Assembly: GCA_964255285.1 (NCBI GenBank)
Contig: CAXUUL010000054.1
Location: 1 to 44,254, forward strand
Length of the DNA: 44,254 bases
Source of the DNA: Ionaspis alba
Lineage: Eukaryota
Direction of reading: 5' to 3'
This document shows, one piece after another, positions 1 to 11,527 of this stretch (position 1 is its first letter; every line of letters begins with the position of its first letter). The notes below the pieces were generated by a model. That model was given only the letters and a program-made list of their open reading frames with translations, was not told the DNA's origin and searched no databases. The translations under genes and the position numbers were made by a program.

Positions 1-823
1 GCCTTTTCGCAAAGCATTCTCTTCTCCCCCTCCCAACCCTCGGTCCTCCTCACCATTCCAACCTTGAAATACTTCCCACCCTTTCCACCATCAAAAGTCT
101 TGCGCCACCGCTCTACCGTCTCCCGCACCCTAGCCCTTCCTTCTCGCCATGCTCTTTCCCGTTGGACCTTCCATTCCCTCCTCCTCTTCCTCTTCTCCTC
201 CAAACCGCTTGCCTCCTCTGTAGCAGGCTCTTCATCCAACTCAAACGGTACAAACATTTCCTCTACTCCTCTCAAGTCCCCTGTAAGATCCTCCTCAAAA
301 CATCCCGTCACAAAAGCGCGCGTAGCATCTCTACCTGCGAAAAAGTGATAGGATCCGCCCGGACCATAGATGTGGGGGGATGCGGAGACATCATAGATTG
401 TGCCGTTGAGGGCAAGGTAAATAGGTAGATTGGGCGCGGTACCGTTGTAGATACTCAAGTCTGCTTCTGTGAGGTGGAGGGAGCCGCGCTAATTCATGGC
501 AGCATCAGCTAAAGGCCATTCAGAGGAGGAACATCATTATGGTGGATAAGGGATTAACGGACCAGCTTTGCTCGAATCCAAGGCATGCGCGTGAAGCTGG
601 GGCGATGGCCCCAGAAGATGGAGTCATTGGTCACAAAGTAAGAAAGAGTGGAGGACAGGAGGAAGAGACCGGCTAAGACGCGGAGAACATCGAGAACAGA
701 GAACCGGGTCGGGGAAGTTGCCTTATCATGCCCAATACTCTCGTCAACGATGGACGGGGAATTGTCTGAGATGTCGCCCTTGGCTGAGCCGGTGTGTCGA
801 GATCTGAGCTCTGATGCTGGCAT
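1..823 (-). CDS. Membrane-associated cytochrome b5-like heme/steroid-binding (MAPR family) protein, 3' end runs off window
   Basis: Exon 823-563 encodes an N-terminal TM helix. GT..TAG intron 562-489 with GCTGAT branch. Exon 2 reads LTEADLSIYNGTAPNLPIYLALNGTIYDVSASPHIYGPGGSYHFFAGRDATRAFVTG, the MAPR heme-binding signature. Confidence 0.9.
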
Positions 824-1064
824 GATATGGCTTCCTCATAGAAAATGCGTGCAAAGGTTACCTCGAGGATTATGATACCCTGAGGATTGCCCTAAGGTTT
901 CATGTTAAGTGCTTACTCGCGGCTTCTGGCACTTAGACGGACGAACAATCACGAGGGAAAGCTGGATTGACTATTTACGCACGGCCTAGAATAGAGACAC
1001 AATCTCGGATAGTATAGTGCCGACTCTATCCCTCTGCGACGATGATACAAGAAGCAGATTCCCA

Positions 1065-2646
1065 CTATATAAGAGCCAGTACCTGAATTAGTGCGTCCCG
1101 AAGATACTGCACATTCAAATCGATCACAGGTTTCTCCTGCGCAAATCTCGCCTCCCTCGAGAACCCGATCAGGACAAGAAATCTATAAGGAATTAGCAAC
1201 GACGACGGTTGGTTTATTTGAAAGAAAACCCACTTATTCATCTCCTTCAGATACAGACAATACCCTTTTATCCCACTTATGAAGGACTCAGCGTTGCCTT
1301 CTTCAATTCGTTTGACAGCACCGTCATCGCTCCTATTCTCCTTACTGGAGTTCGACTGGCCGTCGCCGTTTTCCAGTCTCGCCCTGTCCCAGCCATATAT
1401 CTCCGATAGATCAATAATGGTGTCAATGTAGTCCGAGCACAATGTGTAGCCAACTAGATCCACCGGTGAAGTGTCAGATGCTATATAAAGCTTAGACTGG
1501 ACGTCGAAGAGGTACAACTTCTGCATTTTGCAGGACCCCGCAATAGTGTTGAGAAGAGCTTCAAAGGTCGGAAGCTGAGGGTTCAGGAGTTGAAGGACCT
1601 TGCTTAGGGCCTCGTAGATGCTATCATCGTACACAGATGTTGGATAGAAACTGACTGGTGGGTTCTCCAAGCCGGCATCATTCAAGTCGTCCATGATCCT
1701 CTGAATAATGTCCCTGACAGTGTCTTCTCGGTAGTCAGTACTAAGAGAATCGACCTTGTGAATGAACACCGAGTATTTGATATCAGGATAAAGTTGCTGC
1801 AGCTGTAGAATAGTGTCTGTGAGTCTAGCTACCGATTCGAGATAATCATCCTGAGCATCAAGCACCCAAACCATGGCGCCCGCAGAGCTGAAAATACTTT
1901 CTGTATCAAAATTTGTCTCAAGGAAATCGATCTGTCCCGGCAAATCCCATATCTGGAAATTCCTAAAAGAGCTTGTGATGTGAGTGCAAATACAGATAGC
2001 AGATCCGAGCGTGACTTACTATAAGGCATGCTTTTTTATGACAATCGTGGCTGGTATGAAAACGGTCTCAGTGGGAGGTAATTTGTATAGGACAACATTG
2101 ATGATGGACGATTTACCGCTCCTTGGACATATCTCCAATCAGCTGAGTGGCAAAAGCGCTATCTGAGTCGAGAACACCAACCGTTTCAGGCCCATAAATA
2201 ACAAACGCTGCTTTTGGGAACTTGAGGGATTAGGTGACAGGTCGGGAGCGGAACTTGATCCATTGGTCTTGGATGTGGACTGAGGCAATCGTCAGTATGC
2301 TAACAGCACAATATTGATATGTCGCCGCTGTAGGCTCATATTGGCAGACAGTGCTCAATTTAGAGGTAAGGAGACTCAGAACGTAAGTCGTTTGGTGCCA
2401 ATTAGATAGCAGAGTTCTTCCCTTTGACAACATAAGGGAGCAGTGCCTTTCAAGTTCTCTGGATCGGAAGCCACTTCTTTTGGGACGCTTGTACTTGTCA
2501 TCAACCGCCAGAGAAGGCCTGCTAGGAGCATCGGATGCCAGTCTCAAGTTGGACAGGCGATTCGGTACCCTTCGTGTAAAACAAATGCAGGTGATTGTGA
2601 GAGATGATGATCTTACCTCTTGCGGAGCACTGCCGTACTTGGACAT
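1065..2646 (-). CDS. GTR2: Rag GTPase Gtr2/RagC-D family
   Basis: Spliced exons 2279-2182, 2121-2020, 1971-1234, 1182-1065 give LLFMGLKRSGKSS (P-loop), QIWDLPGQ, FIHKVD, TSVYD and a roadblock-type C-terminus. First exon 2646-2617 (MSKYGSAPQE, GTAAGA donor) is phase-compatible but less certain. Confidence 0.9.
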
Positions 2647-3554
2647 GGTGGTAGATAAAAAAGGTTTGTCGGTCCCCCGGCGTCGTTTTGCAGCCGTCAC
2701 GAGGTGGTTTCCCTGGTTTCAAGCCCTGACCATAGGCCCTGGTCACCACACTCTGATCTCCTGAAGCCTAAGATATGTTGCTGCGGGAGTGCTTTGGAAT
2801 AAGCTGGCGCTGGGGATGCGACGACATTAAAATAGACACCGGACTTGGTTGTAGTAAGAAGCTTGTGAATCACGAATGAGGATGCATATCCATCAAAATG
2901 CCGAACCAAATTGCCTTGCTGCCCGAGGAAGAAGAAAGTCGAGTGGGCGTCAAGCCTGAAATATGCACTGACAAGACCACAAGCTTTGAACAGTGAACCA
3001 ACGAGACGGTTACGATATCTTCTGCGGTCTGGACTGTCAAGAAGCGGCTATCAGAAGGTGTGCGGTCTGGTGACCGAGATTGGAGAAGGTGAGTATAATT
3101 GCTCCAGTTCAGACCTAAGGCAGGTGGACAGAAACCGTTACCGAGGATTATTAGCACGATTCGGGGGAGGCGGGGGATCCTTCAAGAGGGTGGTCCCTCA
3201 TTCATTTCGCCCCGCTTCACCTAGATCTCTTTCGTTGCTGATGATACTAAATTATGCTCGACTGCAGACCTCAGTACTGCCAGACTTGTGGCGGGCTCTG
3301 CGTGCTGGACACGCGAGCGAGGTCCCTAAGCCTTTCATGACTACCTGGGAGAGAGCTCAAAGATTACTTGAGTTACGATTTCGAGGCGCAATGAGCGTGG
3401 TTTGATGTTCATTCTTCTGGGGAGGTGCAATATTATATCGGTCAATTCGCTCACGGACTTAGTACAACCTATCGACAGCTGTGAGGCTCGGAGTCGTAGT
3501 TCACCACTGGCCATGGACCACTCGGTGTTTCTACGATCAAGACTCTTTCCACTG

Positions 3555-4450
3555 TTACTCGATATAGCCATCTTCCCTCCAGACCCCGCTCCGACCACCT
3601 TCTTTCTTCACAACCCTCACACTCTCGATCCGGCATCCACGATCGACCCCTTTACACATATCCACAACTGTCAGTGCGGCGCCCAATACAGCCGTCAATG
3701 CTTCCATCTCCACCCCGGTCTTGCCATGACATTGTACTCTTGTCTCAATTCTGACGCCTCCAAAGACACCAATAGGCTGATCCTTGTCCCGTAATTTGGC
3801 TTTCTGGTTGCTGCCTCCGCTGTTCTTAGCCTCTGCTTCTGCGGTTTTGGTACCAGCCATATCGTGCCTCTCCAGCTTGTTCACCATGTTGGCACTCTTG
3901 CTGCAAGCATATTCACTATCAGTCTCCTTTCCACCGACCAAGTCTACCAGAATTTTTACACCCTCAATTCCGATCCCACTATGACAAAGCGGAACCCAAT
4001 CTGCTGTCTTTTTGGCGGCCATGATACCTGCCACACGTGCCACAGCCAGGACATCACCCTTGCGGAGGCTGTTGAAACGGATCAAACTGTACGGGGAGGC
4101 ATTGGAGAAGATGACGTGCCCCACTGCGGTGGCAGTACGGTGGGTGGGGGCTTTATCTGAGATAGGAATGACATGGATTTCGGAAGTAGACGTTAGGTGT
4201 GGCAGAGAAGAGGGCTTGGAGACTGGAGATGTTGCGCTAGTGGACCGTTCGGATCGGCTGGGAGCGCTTGATGAAAAGGTGCGACCGAAGCGCTGACTCG
4301 GTGTGACTGAAGGAAGGAGATAAGCTGGGATAAATGTTTGGAGTCGTCCTTGCCCACAATGTGGAGTCGAGATCAGCTGTTGTAGAGCATTGGTGGAACG
4401 GACTAAGCTGCTCAGAGGTGGCCATCTTGCCATAGACAGAGGCACGTCAT
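3555..4450 (-). CDS. moaC: MoaC/MOCS1B cyclic pyranopterin monophosphate synthase domain (second half of MOCS1/cnxABC-type locus)
   Basis: KGDVLAVARVAGIMAAKKTADWVPLCH, GKTGVEMEALTAV, VVDMCKGVD, VVKKEGGRSG motifs. Frame is joined to MoaA by intron 4580-4451; an in-frame ATG is present at 4433. Confidence 0.93.
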
Positions 4451-4572
4451 CTACAATACTTGGGTAAGTAAATTTTTCACCGAATATTTGCCTTAGTGAC
4501 AATGAAAATAGGGTGGAATGGTGGGACGTGGGTTCTAATTTCATTCCAGTGGTCTCAGTCAATATGCAAAAC

Positions 4573-5898
4573 TTACCCACCAATTAAGATCATGGGCCGA
4601 TTCTTCATATTCTCCAGCTCTCCCATTCCAGCATGCTTCTCCTTTTTCCTTTTCACAGCCAATCCGATGACTTCCAGAAGCTCTCTTTCTTGTTGAGCCT
4701 TCTCCGACAAGCTTGTGCTTCCTGGCAAAGCCAGCGGCCTGTCCATCTCCACTCTCTTCATGGCTTTCAACGCTTCTTCGTCAATGGGCTCTCCGCCATT
4801 GTACTTCCTCAGCAAGTCCCGAAGGCTGACCTCCGTATTTCCAAATAGACAGACTTTCAGGTTACCATCACTCGTAATTCGTAATCGATTGCATGTTCCG
4901 CAGAAGTTCTCCGTCATACTGGTGATAAATCCAATCTTCCCCACAAATCCAGGAATCTCGTATGTCTTACTAGTCTCGTGCTTACCGTCCTTTACTTTCC
5001 TGACACCTGGATATTTGGTTCTTATCAAGCCGAGCATCTCCTCATAGCCCATCATCTTCCCCTTGCTCCATTTGTTCCCGTCAAACGGCATATACTCGAT
5101 GAATCTTACCTCCACCTCTCTCTCTTTTCCCAGATCCACAAATGGCAAGATCTCGCGCTCGTTGACTCCCCTCATAACAACGCAATTGATCTTCAGCTTT
5201 ATGCCTGCCCCGAGACGATTCATCTCAAGTATTCGCTCGATACTCTTCATTACAGCTTCGAACCCCTTTCTCCTCGTCATAATCTGGAACTGAAATGGGT
5301 CAAGTGTGTCAAGACTCAGATTCACGCCCGTCAATCCTGCCTCGACCATACTGTCCAGCTTCCTATGAAGTGCAATCCCATTCGTGGTAAGACACAGCTC
5401 TTTCAGCCCATTCCGGCGAAGGTCTCCGATGCTGTGCATCAAGGGCAATATGTCGCGGCGTATGGTAGGTTCTCCGCCTGTCAATCGGATCTTGGTGACG
5501 CCTTGAGAGACGAAAAGAGAGGAAATGTAGATTATTTCGGGGGTGGTGAGAAGGTGGGCTGGTGGCGAGAGTGGCACACCTTCTTCGGGCATGCAGTACA
5601 AACACCGAAGATTGCAGCGCTCGGTTATGCTGATGCGGAGGTAGTCGTGCTGGCGAGAGTAGTTGTCGGTGAGGAAGGCAGAAAAGGGTTTGGCGTTCCG
5701 GAGGTCCGTTCTTCGAGAAGATGATGGAACTGTATGCTGTGTATATGGCGCAGGGGCAATATGTACATCGTGAGATGGTTGTGCTGCCGCTGCAGCGCCA
5801 ACAATTCCCCGAATGCGGGGATGAACATGATTAGGATAATGGCAGCTTTGGACAGTCTGGCTGAATCGACCTAGGAGCCGTATGCCTGAAGAAGTCAT
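4573..5898 (-). CDS. moaA: MoaA/MOCS1A GTP 3',8-cyclase (radical SAM) with mitochondrial-type N-terminus
   Basis: [17 protein letters not shown] (CxxxCxxC), [17 protein letters not shown] second cluster motif, C-terminal RPMILIGG*. First ATG in frame at 5898 ([14 protein letters not shown]). Confidence 0.96.
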   Translation of the reverse strand: MTSSGIRLLGRFSQTVQSCHYPNHVHPRIRGIVGAAAAAQPSHDVHIAPAPYTQHTVPSSSRRTDLRNAKPFSAFLTDNYSRQHDYLRISITERCNLRCLYCMPEEGVPLSPPAHLLTTPEIIYISSLFVSQGVTKIRLTGGEPTIRRDILPLMHSIGDLRRNGLKELCLTTNGIALHRKLDSMVEAGLTGVNLSLDTLDPFQFQIMTRRKGFEAVMKSIERILEMNRLGAGIKLKINCVVMRGVNEREILPFVDLGKEREVEVRFIEYMPFDGNKWSKGKMMGYEEMLGLIRTKYPGVRKVKDGKHETSKTYEIPGFVGKIGFITSMTENFCGTCNRLRITSDGNLKVCLFGNTEVSLRDLLRKYNGGEPIDEEALKAMKRVEMDRPLALPGSTSLSEKAQQERELLEVIGLAVKRKKEKHAGMGELENMKNRPMILIGG

Positions 5899-6325
5899 GA
5901 CAAAGGAAAAGACCACAGGGTTGACTATGTATACTAAGCATGATGGTATGTTAGGCAAATGAAAGGAAGAATTATACTCCTCTGAGGTTAGTTAGTCCTG
6001 TCAGTTTTCGTCGGTTGAGGTGTCACCGATAAGAGATCATTTAGCGGATAGCCTGCGGGGAGATCGCCCACTAGAACCATTGGACCTTAACGGTTCAACC
6101 CCGCCGAACTCCTGGACGGGTGTGTTTGTCGACGCCACTCATTGCGATTATCAGCCTTGTCACTATGAGCGCTGTCTCTCAGCCTCGCAGGCGACACCGC
6201 CTTGAAGGTGGGTCTGGGTCTTCCGTACCTGATTTGAGTCAGTCTCTGCATATCAGGACCGATGTACATGTGCTCCGTCTCTGGTCAGGGTACATGTCAG
6301 AGAGTTCCAGCGCACCTAATTCGTC

Positions 6326-8718
6326 ATGTCGTTTGGTTTCGCTGTGGGCGACATACTCGCCGTCAGCAGCTTTGCTTGGACTCTTTACCGCAGCTGCAAA
6401 GGTGCTTCCAGCGAATTCGAGGAAGTCAGTCGTGAGGTGATTACTCTGCACACCACAATCAAAGAACTGGAGGAAGACGCGAGAAATCCAGACTCGCTAC
6501 TCAATCGTGAAGGAACAGGCAGGAAGTCGGAGATTGAAAGTCTCCTGCGAAGTTGCATGACTGTACTTCGGGAATTGCAACGTCTAGTGAACAGATACAA
6601 GAGCCTCGGGACGAACCACAAAAGAGCTTGGGACAGAGTCAAGTTTGGTACGGAAGGTATCCAAAGCATCCGAGAAAAGCTCACATTTCACACCGCTTCT
6701 ATCACGCTGTTCCTGACGAGCTTGGGAACGAGTGCATTAGGTAGAATTGAGAAAAAGCTCGACGGATTGGTGGCAGAGATTAGAGCTGGGAAAAGAGAAC
6801 CTTCAATCCTTACACTCGGGGAAGAAGACGATGACGCGGATGACGATTCTATTTGGCGGACTTTAAAGAGCGATCTGGCAGAAGATGGCTTTACGAAACA
6901 GGAGATAGAACAGCACAAATCTGATATAATAAGCTATTTGAGGGCTTTGGTACAAGATGTAGATCTTGAAGAGCGCGGAGGGGGTCCTGGATACGAGAAG
7001 AAATCCGAAGTCAAAAACACGGTGGCAGCATCACCACATCAACCACCAGCACCATCAGCTGAGACTGTGTATAGTGATTCCGGAAAGGAGAGCGGCGTGT
7101 CTGGGATACATAGTGTGAAGAGCATCCCACTTGATACAGACGAAGACAGTCATCCAATCCAGGGACCCTCTGTGGACCAGAATGTCACAAAGGATCGATC
7201 AGGTTCGCCTTATTATGAGGAAACTCCGAAGAAAGAAAACGATGGGCACAAGATTTCTCCAAGCATTGCTCCCAACCATGCTTCCTTTACAGAAGACTAC
7301 CTCCGATCGTCTATGTCTCGACCTTGGGAGGTACGAAAGACAAGCAAGTACGCCCAAGACCGTTTTCTGTATCATCAGTCCAAAGACTCCTCCACATCGG
7401 GCTCAAATCACTCGTCCGAGTGTTCTCCGGGCCCTATAAAAAGAAAGCAAACTAGATCACCGAAATTGAAACCCGCACCAGCATCAATGAAACGTGCAGC
7501 GACAACCCCCTTTTTTCGACGACGCGCCGCGGTTCCACAACCAGATAGAAAGGAGCTGCAACTCGACTCAAAGCAAAAAGGAATCAACATACCTTATCCT
7601 AGAACCTTCCGCAGATCATCGGACGAACCTCGGATGCCCATTATAGATCAATATTCCAGTAATGCAAGCCGTGATGATGAATCCGTCATTAGATCTCTTT
7701 CAAACAAAAATAAAGGCAAATTCGATGCAGAGGATGAGCTTGGACAATTATTTGCAGAGGGCAGTTCGCGTTTCCGATGCTTCCCTGCGCCTTACGATTT
7801 CCTACCATTAGGAATTATTACGAAGCAACCAAGATCTGAACAAACATGGTCGATATGGGCTGTTGAGAACGACGAAGTGACGGGACTCGGATCTTTGTCT
7901 TCCTCGTTGGATTTTGAAACTCAGCACGCCAAATCTTATATAATAACTTCTAGGAATGCTCCGTTTCCTCAAAGAAACGATGGCGATTCCGGTAACCTTC
8001 AATCCGAAGGCTACTTCGATTTCACGCTTGGCAATACCGATGTCTTTACTGAGCACAATCGCGGCAAACCCAATGGATCGAAGCCCATCGATCACAACAT
8101 GAACGGCAGGATAAGACCAGAAGACCGTGAAATCCTCACAATAGAAAAGCCTCTACTGATGACACTTGAAGAACTCTATGCGGGGAAAACGAAAAAAATG
8201 AAAGTTACCCGAAGAATTATCGACGCCGTGTCTGGACAGAAGGAGTTTGAAGAAAAGGTGGTGGTGATGGATATCAAACCGGGGTACCACGCCGGAACAA
8301 AGATAAAGTTCAGGGGATTGGGTGACGAGGATGGGGAAAGCGTGCAAGATATCCACTTCATAGTTTCTGAGGTCAACTATCCTACGCGCAATAACAGCTT
8401 CATTGATACTGATATCGTCGACAGAAAGAACACCCAGTCTTTCAGCGTCAAGGCAACGATCTCAGAACACTTCTAACAATTCCCTTGAAAGAGGCATTGA
8501 CCAGCTGGACGCGCACTATCTCGACAATTGACGGAGAACAGCAGACCATATCTCGTGCGGGTCCGACCCCACCTGGTTATGAGATCCGGTTGCCCAATAA
8601 AGGGATGCCGATCAGTAAGGACCTACCACGGAGAGGTGATATGATTTTGGAGGTGAATGTTGAATTTCCTACCACGCTCACGCCAAAGCAGAAGTCCACC
8701 TTTGCGGAAATGCTATGA
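6326..8718 (+). CDS. HeLo-like (Helo_like_N) domain fused to Sis1-type Hsp40 C-terminal (DnaJ_C) domain, no J domain; ~779 aa
   Basis: N-terminus MSFGFAVGDILAVSSFAWTLYRSCK..WDRVKFG is typical of fungal HeLo-like domains. C-terminus PLLMTLEELYAG..IKPGYHAGTKIKFRGLGD..DIHFIVSE|KEHPVFQRQGNDL..LKEAL..GMPISK..RGDMILEVNVEFP spans GT-AG intron 8372-8424. Confidence 0.85.
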
Positions 8719-8885
8719 TCGCCCTTTGGCTACATCACGAACGTTATCGATTGATGTAAAATGCAAGCGATATAGTACTGCATACCAGCTGTAGAATGGT
8801 AAATATATACAAAGAATCTCGCCTTCGATCCGTCGTGACGCTTCATCATAATATCGTGAGTGAGAGTGCACGGTATGCCAATTCC

Positions 8886-10270
8886 TCAACGCTTCAGTGA
8901 CCAAGAAGACTCCACCGCCCTCTCAACCCGGATTCCCTGTAAAGGAAACTCCGATTCCGACTTCTGAGAGTTGTCTCTTCGGATATCCGTGGCAATGTCG
9001 TTTCGGGTTGCCTGATAATGGCCAACTGTTGCATGCGACCATGCATCCTGCTTAGAAAATACCACTTCGCTACGAGAGCGCGACGGCTCTTGACCACTTA
9101 GCCTGCCAGTGGATGACTTGACCGAGGTCGAAGGCCAGCCATGCCGTTTCGAAGACGGCGGACTGCTCGAGCTAGTCCGACTGTTGCTAAGTTTGCTGGT
9201 GAGCCGGCTGAAGGCATGATTGCCTTGGACAAGAAGTGGTCGGATTGTTGGTAGGCAGGCGGATATGACCCCGACGTAGATCTCGGTGGTCGTCCAGATG
9301 ACGTCGCCCATTTGTTCGACTGCAGAAATAAATCTTAGGTTAGTCCGGTCAAAAGCAAGATTCAGTCCGGTCTGGGTTCTTACCAGTAGGATCTGTATGT
9401 GCCGTGGGCTGTGTGATGACAGCGACTAAACGAATAACCGATACGACGCAGACACTGCCACGGCTTGTAAGCGTTCATTCTGAACATCAAGAATCTGTAG
9501 GAAGCCTACAAGGCGCCCAGGAAGAACGTGAGCATAAGTTGTATTCGTTTGGAAGTAGACATCTTTAATCCCCAGACCATTTTGATGGGCAGGCAAAGAA
9601 TGACAATATCCAAGAAGCTGTTCGATGCTGCCGAGGCAATGAATAAAGCAAGTTGGTTCATGCAGTTTCCTGGCTGGGTGATGGTCCAGAACGAACTGAC
9701 TGGAGCGCATTCGAACAATGTGAGGAAGAAGGTGACAACGAACCAGATGAGGACCACAGTGGACACAATGTATACGATGATCTCGAAGGGCCGGACTTTG
9801 AAGATTCGATAATACATCAACAGAATAGAGATCTTGATGGTTGTGACACTGCAGAGATAGACGAGGAAGAAAATCAAAGATTGCTATAGCACCTTAGCAC
9901 TGAGCATTGCCTATAGATATCAGTATATGCTACCTCGAGATACGCTTCAATCTTGGCGAAGGCGTGAGAGACTCCGAGGCCCTGCGAGATACCGAGTACG
10001 CCATGAGCAAACATAGCGCAGCAGAGGAACTTGATATTAGTGAGCAGAGTATGTCAAGGCTCGTGGGTCTCCTCAAATTACCAGGCTGAGAACGATGGTG
10101 TAGTCATCCCACCAAAGACGTGCTTTTACCATAGACCTGGCGTAAAGGCGTAGCAGTACAGCAATGGTAGCAAGAACCAAAAGGACAATTTCAAGAGCAA
10201 GCAAACGTTCTTGGGCGTTATTCAAGGGCTGCCCTAGATACCCTATTGGAGACCGAACGACAAGTTCCAT
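8886..10270 (-). CDS. Pth11-like (non-CFEM) 7-TM rhodopsin-domain membrane protein
   Basis: Five exons (10270-10082, 10029-9934, 9883-9510, 9454-9384, 9319-8886) with GT-AG introns. Motifs LRLYAR..LWWDD, KISILLMYYRIF, DIVILCLPI..VWGLKM, WTTTEIYVGVISACLPT. Confidence 0.88.
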
Positions 10271-11527
10271 TTTCCTTGACCTTGACAAGAGTGGATTGGG
10301 GGTGCTGGCTGCTCGCGTAAAGCAGATGATACGGACTTCGAAGAGAACAAGACTCAGGCAGGGCAGATACGATAGTTGGGAGGAGGTCGCCCCGTCTTTT
10401 ATGGACATCGAGCTCAAGAATAGAATATTGAGATAGTATGTCATATCGTCCCATTCTCTTTGCAACCTCAATCGTGCATGTCACCACGAGGCTGACTCCC
10501 AGTCAATACGCCGCAAATCGTAAGGCAGCATCGGACATCAAGTAGAGATAACTCGTTTGCACAGCCAATGAACAATTCGCTGGACACGTCTTAGATATGC
10601 AGCTACCTCGTAATGATGTTTCAGCGAGAGGAGAAGATCGTGGGGGCCAGGTTGAAAGGCATGCAATGGCAAGGAACTGGATTACAGGCAAAACACCACG
10701 TGCATGCCAGAAGCAAAACCTTGGAGTCAAAGATAAGTAAACTACTCACAGTCTTCCCAGCTTGACGGCCCCAGTAAGAAAAACCGGCCGAACAATGGAC
10801 ACAACCTTCTTTCATTCTTTCTCCGGCGAAGAGTCTCTAGACCAACCGAAGATGCGTTGACAGAGCAGAACCTTCGAAGTAGCAGTCTCCGTCCTAGACC
10901 CAGAATGGCAACTTACCAACTCCCCCACGAGAAAAGCAGTCTGTCAAGAAGTGATCGACATCACTGCATTGGCAACAGCGGAGAGATACACATGCTGGAT
11001 ATTTTAAGGTACAAATTAGAGTATCATTCGCTAAATTCTGCAACGTTAGAGGCTGTTTAGCAAGCGAAGAATCGTCCAATAGGCTGGAAGGTTTAACGCC
11101 AACGAACTATCCCTCGGCACGAACGAGTAGTTCCCGGCGGGAGAACCACGAGGCTGGCCCGTCCAGCGTTTTCAGTGGCTCGATGCGAGTGTTTGGTCTC
11201 GTAAACGCAGGAGGATGACTTGCAGCGGAAGTAGCATGATGCATGAATTTAATATGGAGGGTACTGCTGGCAAGTGGCACAGCTTGTTCTCTCTTTTGTC
11301 TCCTATGCACAATGAGGAGGCAATAGAGGTAACGTGCATGGAATGGAGGGTTTGGCTGGGTCAGGCCATCGTATTGATGGTGAAGGCAGAATTGGGAGAT
11401 AGGGCATCGTTGACTGGTACGCCAGGAGGATCGATAAATTGCCAAGCATGTTCCGCGGGGTGTGACGAGGTCGACTTCGAAAAACTTTCCATCAATACCA
11501 TAGAGATTCAGGAGGGCATTCCCCATC

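Noticed and set aside
3160..3410. GC-rich, possibly structured RNA (RNase P/MRP, SRP, U3, tRNA)
   Set aside because: I could not find the diagnostic conserved boxes of any of these families.
3760..3940. About 50-aa insertion within MoaC
   Set aside because: A low-complexity loop insertion of the kind common in fungal enzymes; catalytic motifs are unaffected.
4573..4583. Programmed +1 ribosomal frameshift from MoaA into the overlapping MoaC ORF
   Set aside because: Consensus donors, a branch site and an acceptor explain the fusion by splicing; no slippery motif seen.
4978..5724. 248-aa antisense ORF over moaA and similar shadow ORFs elsewhere
   Set aside because: They lie opposite well-supported genes and have no recognisable motifs.
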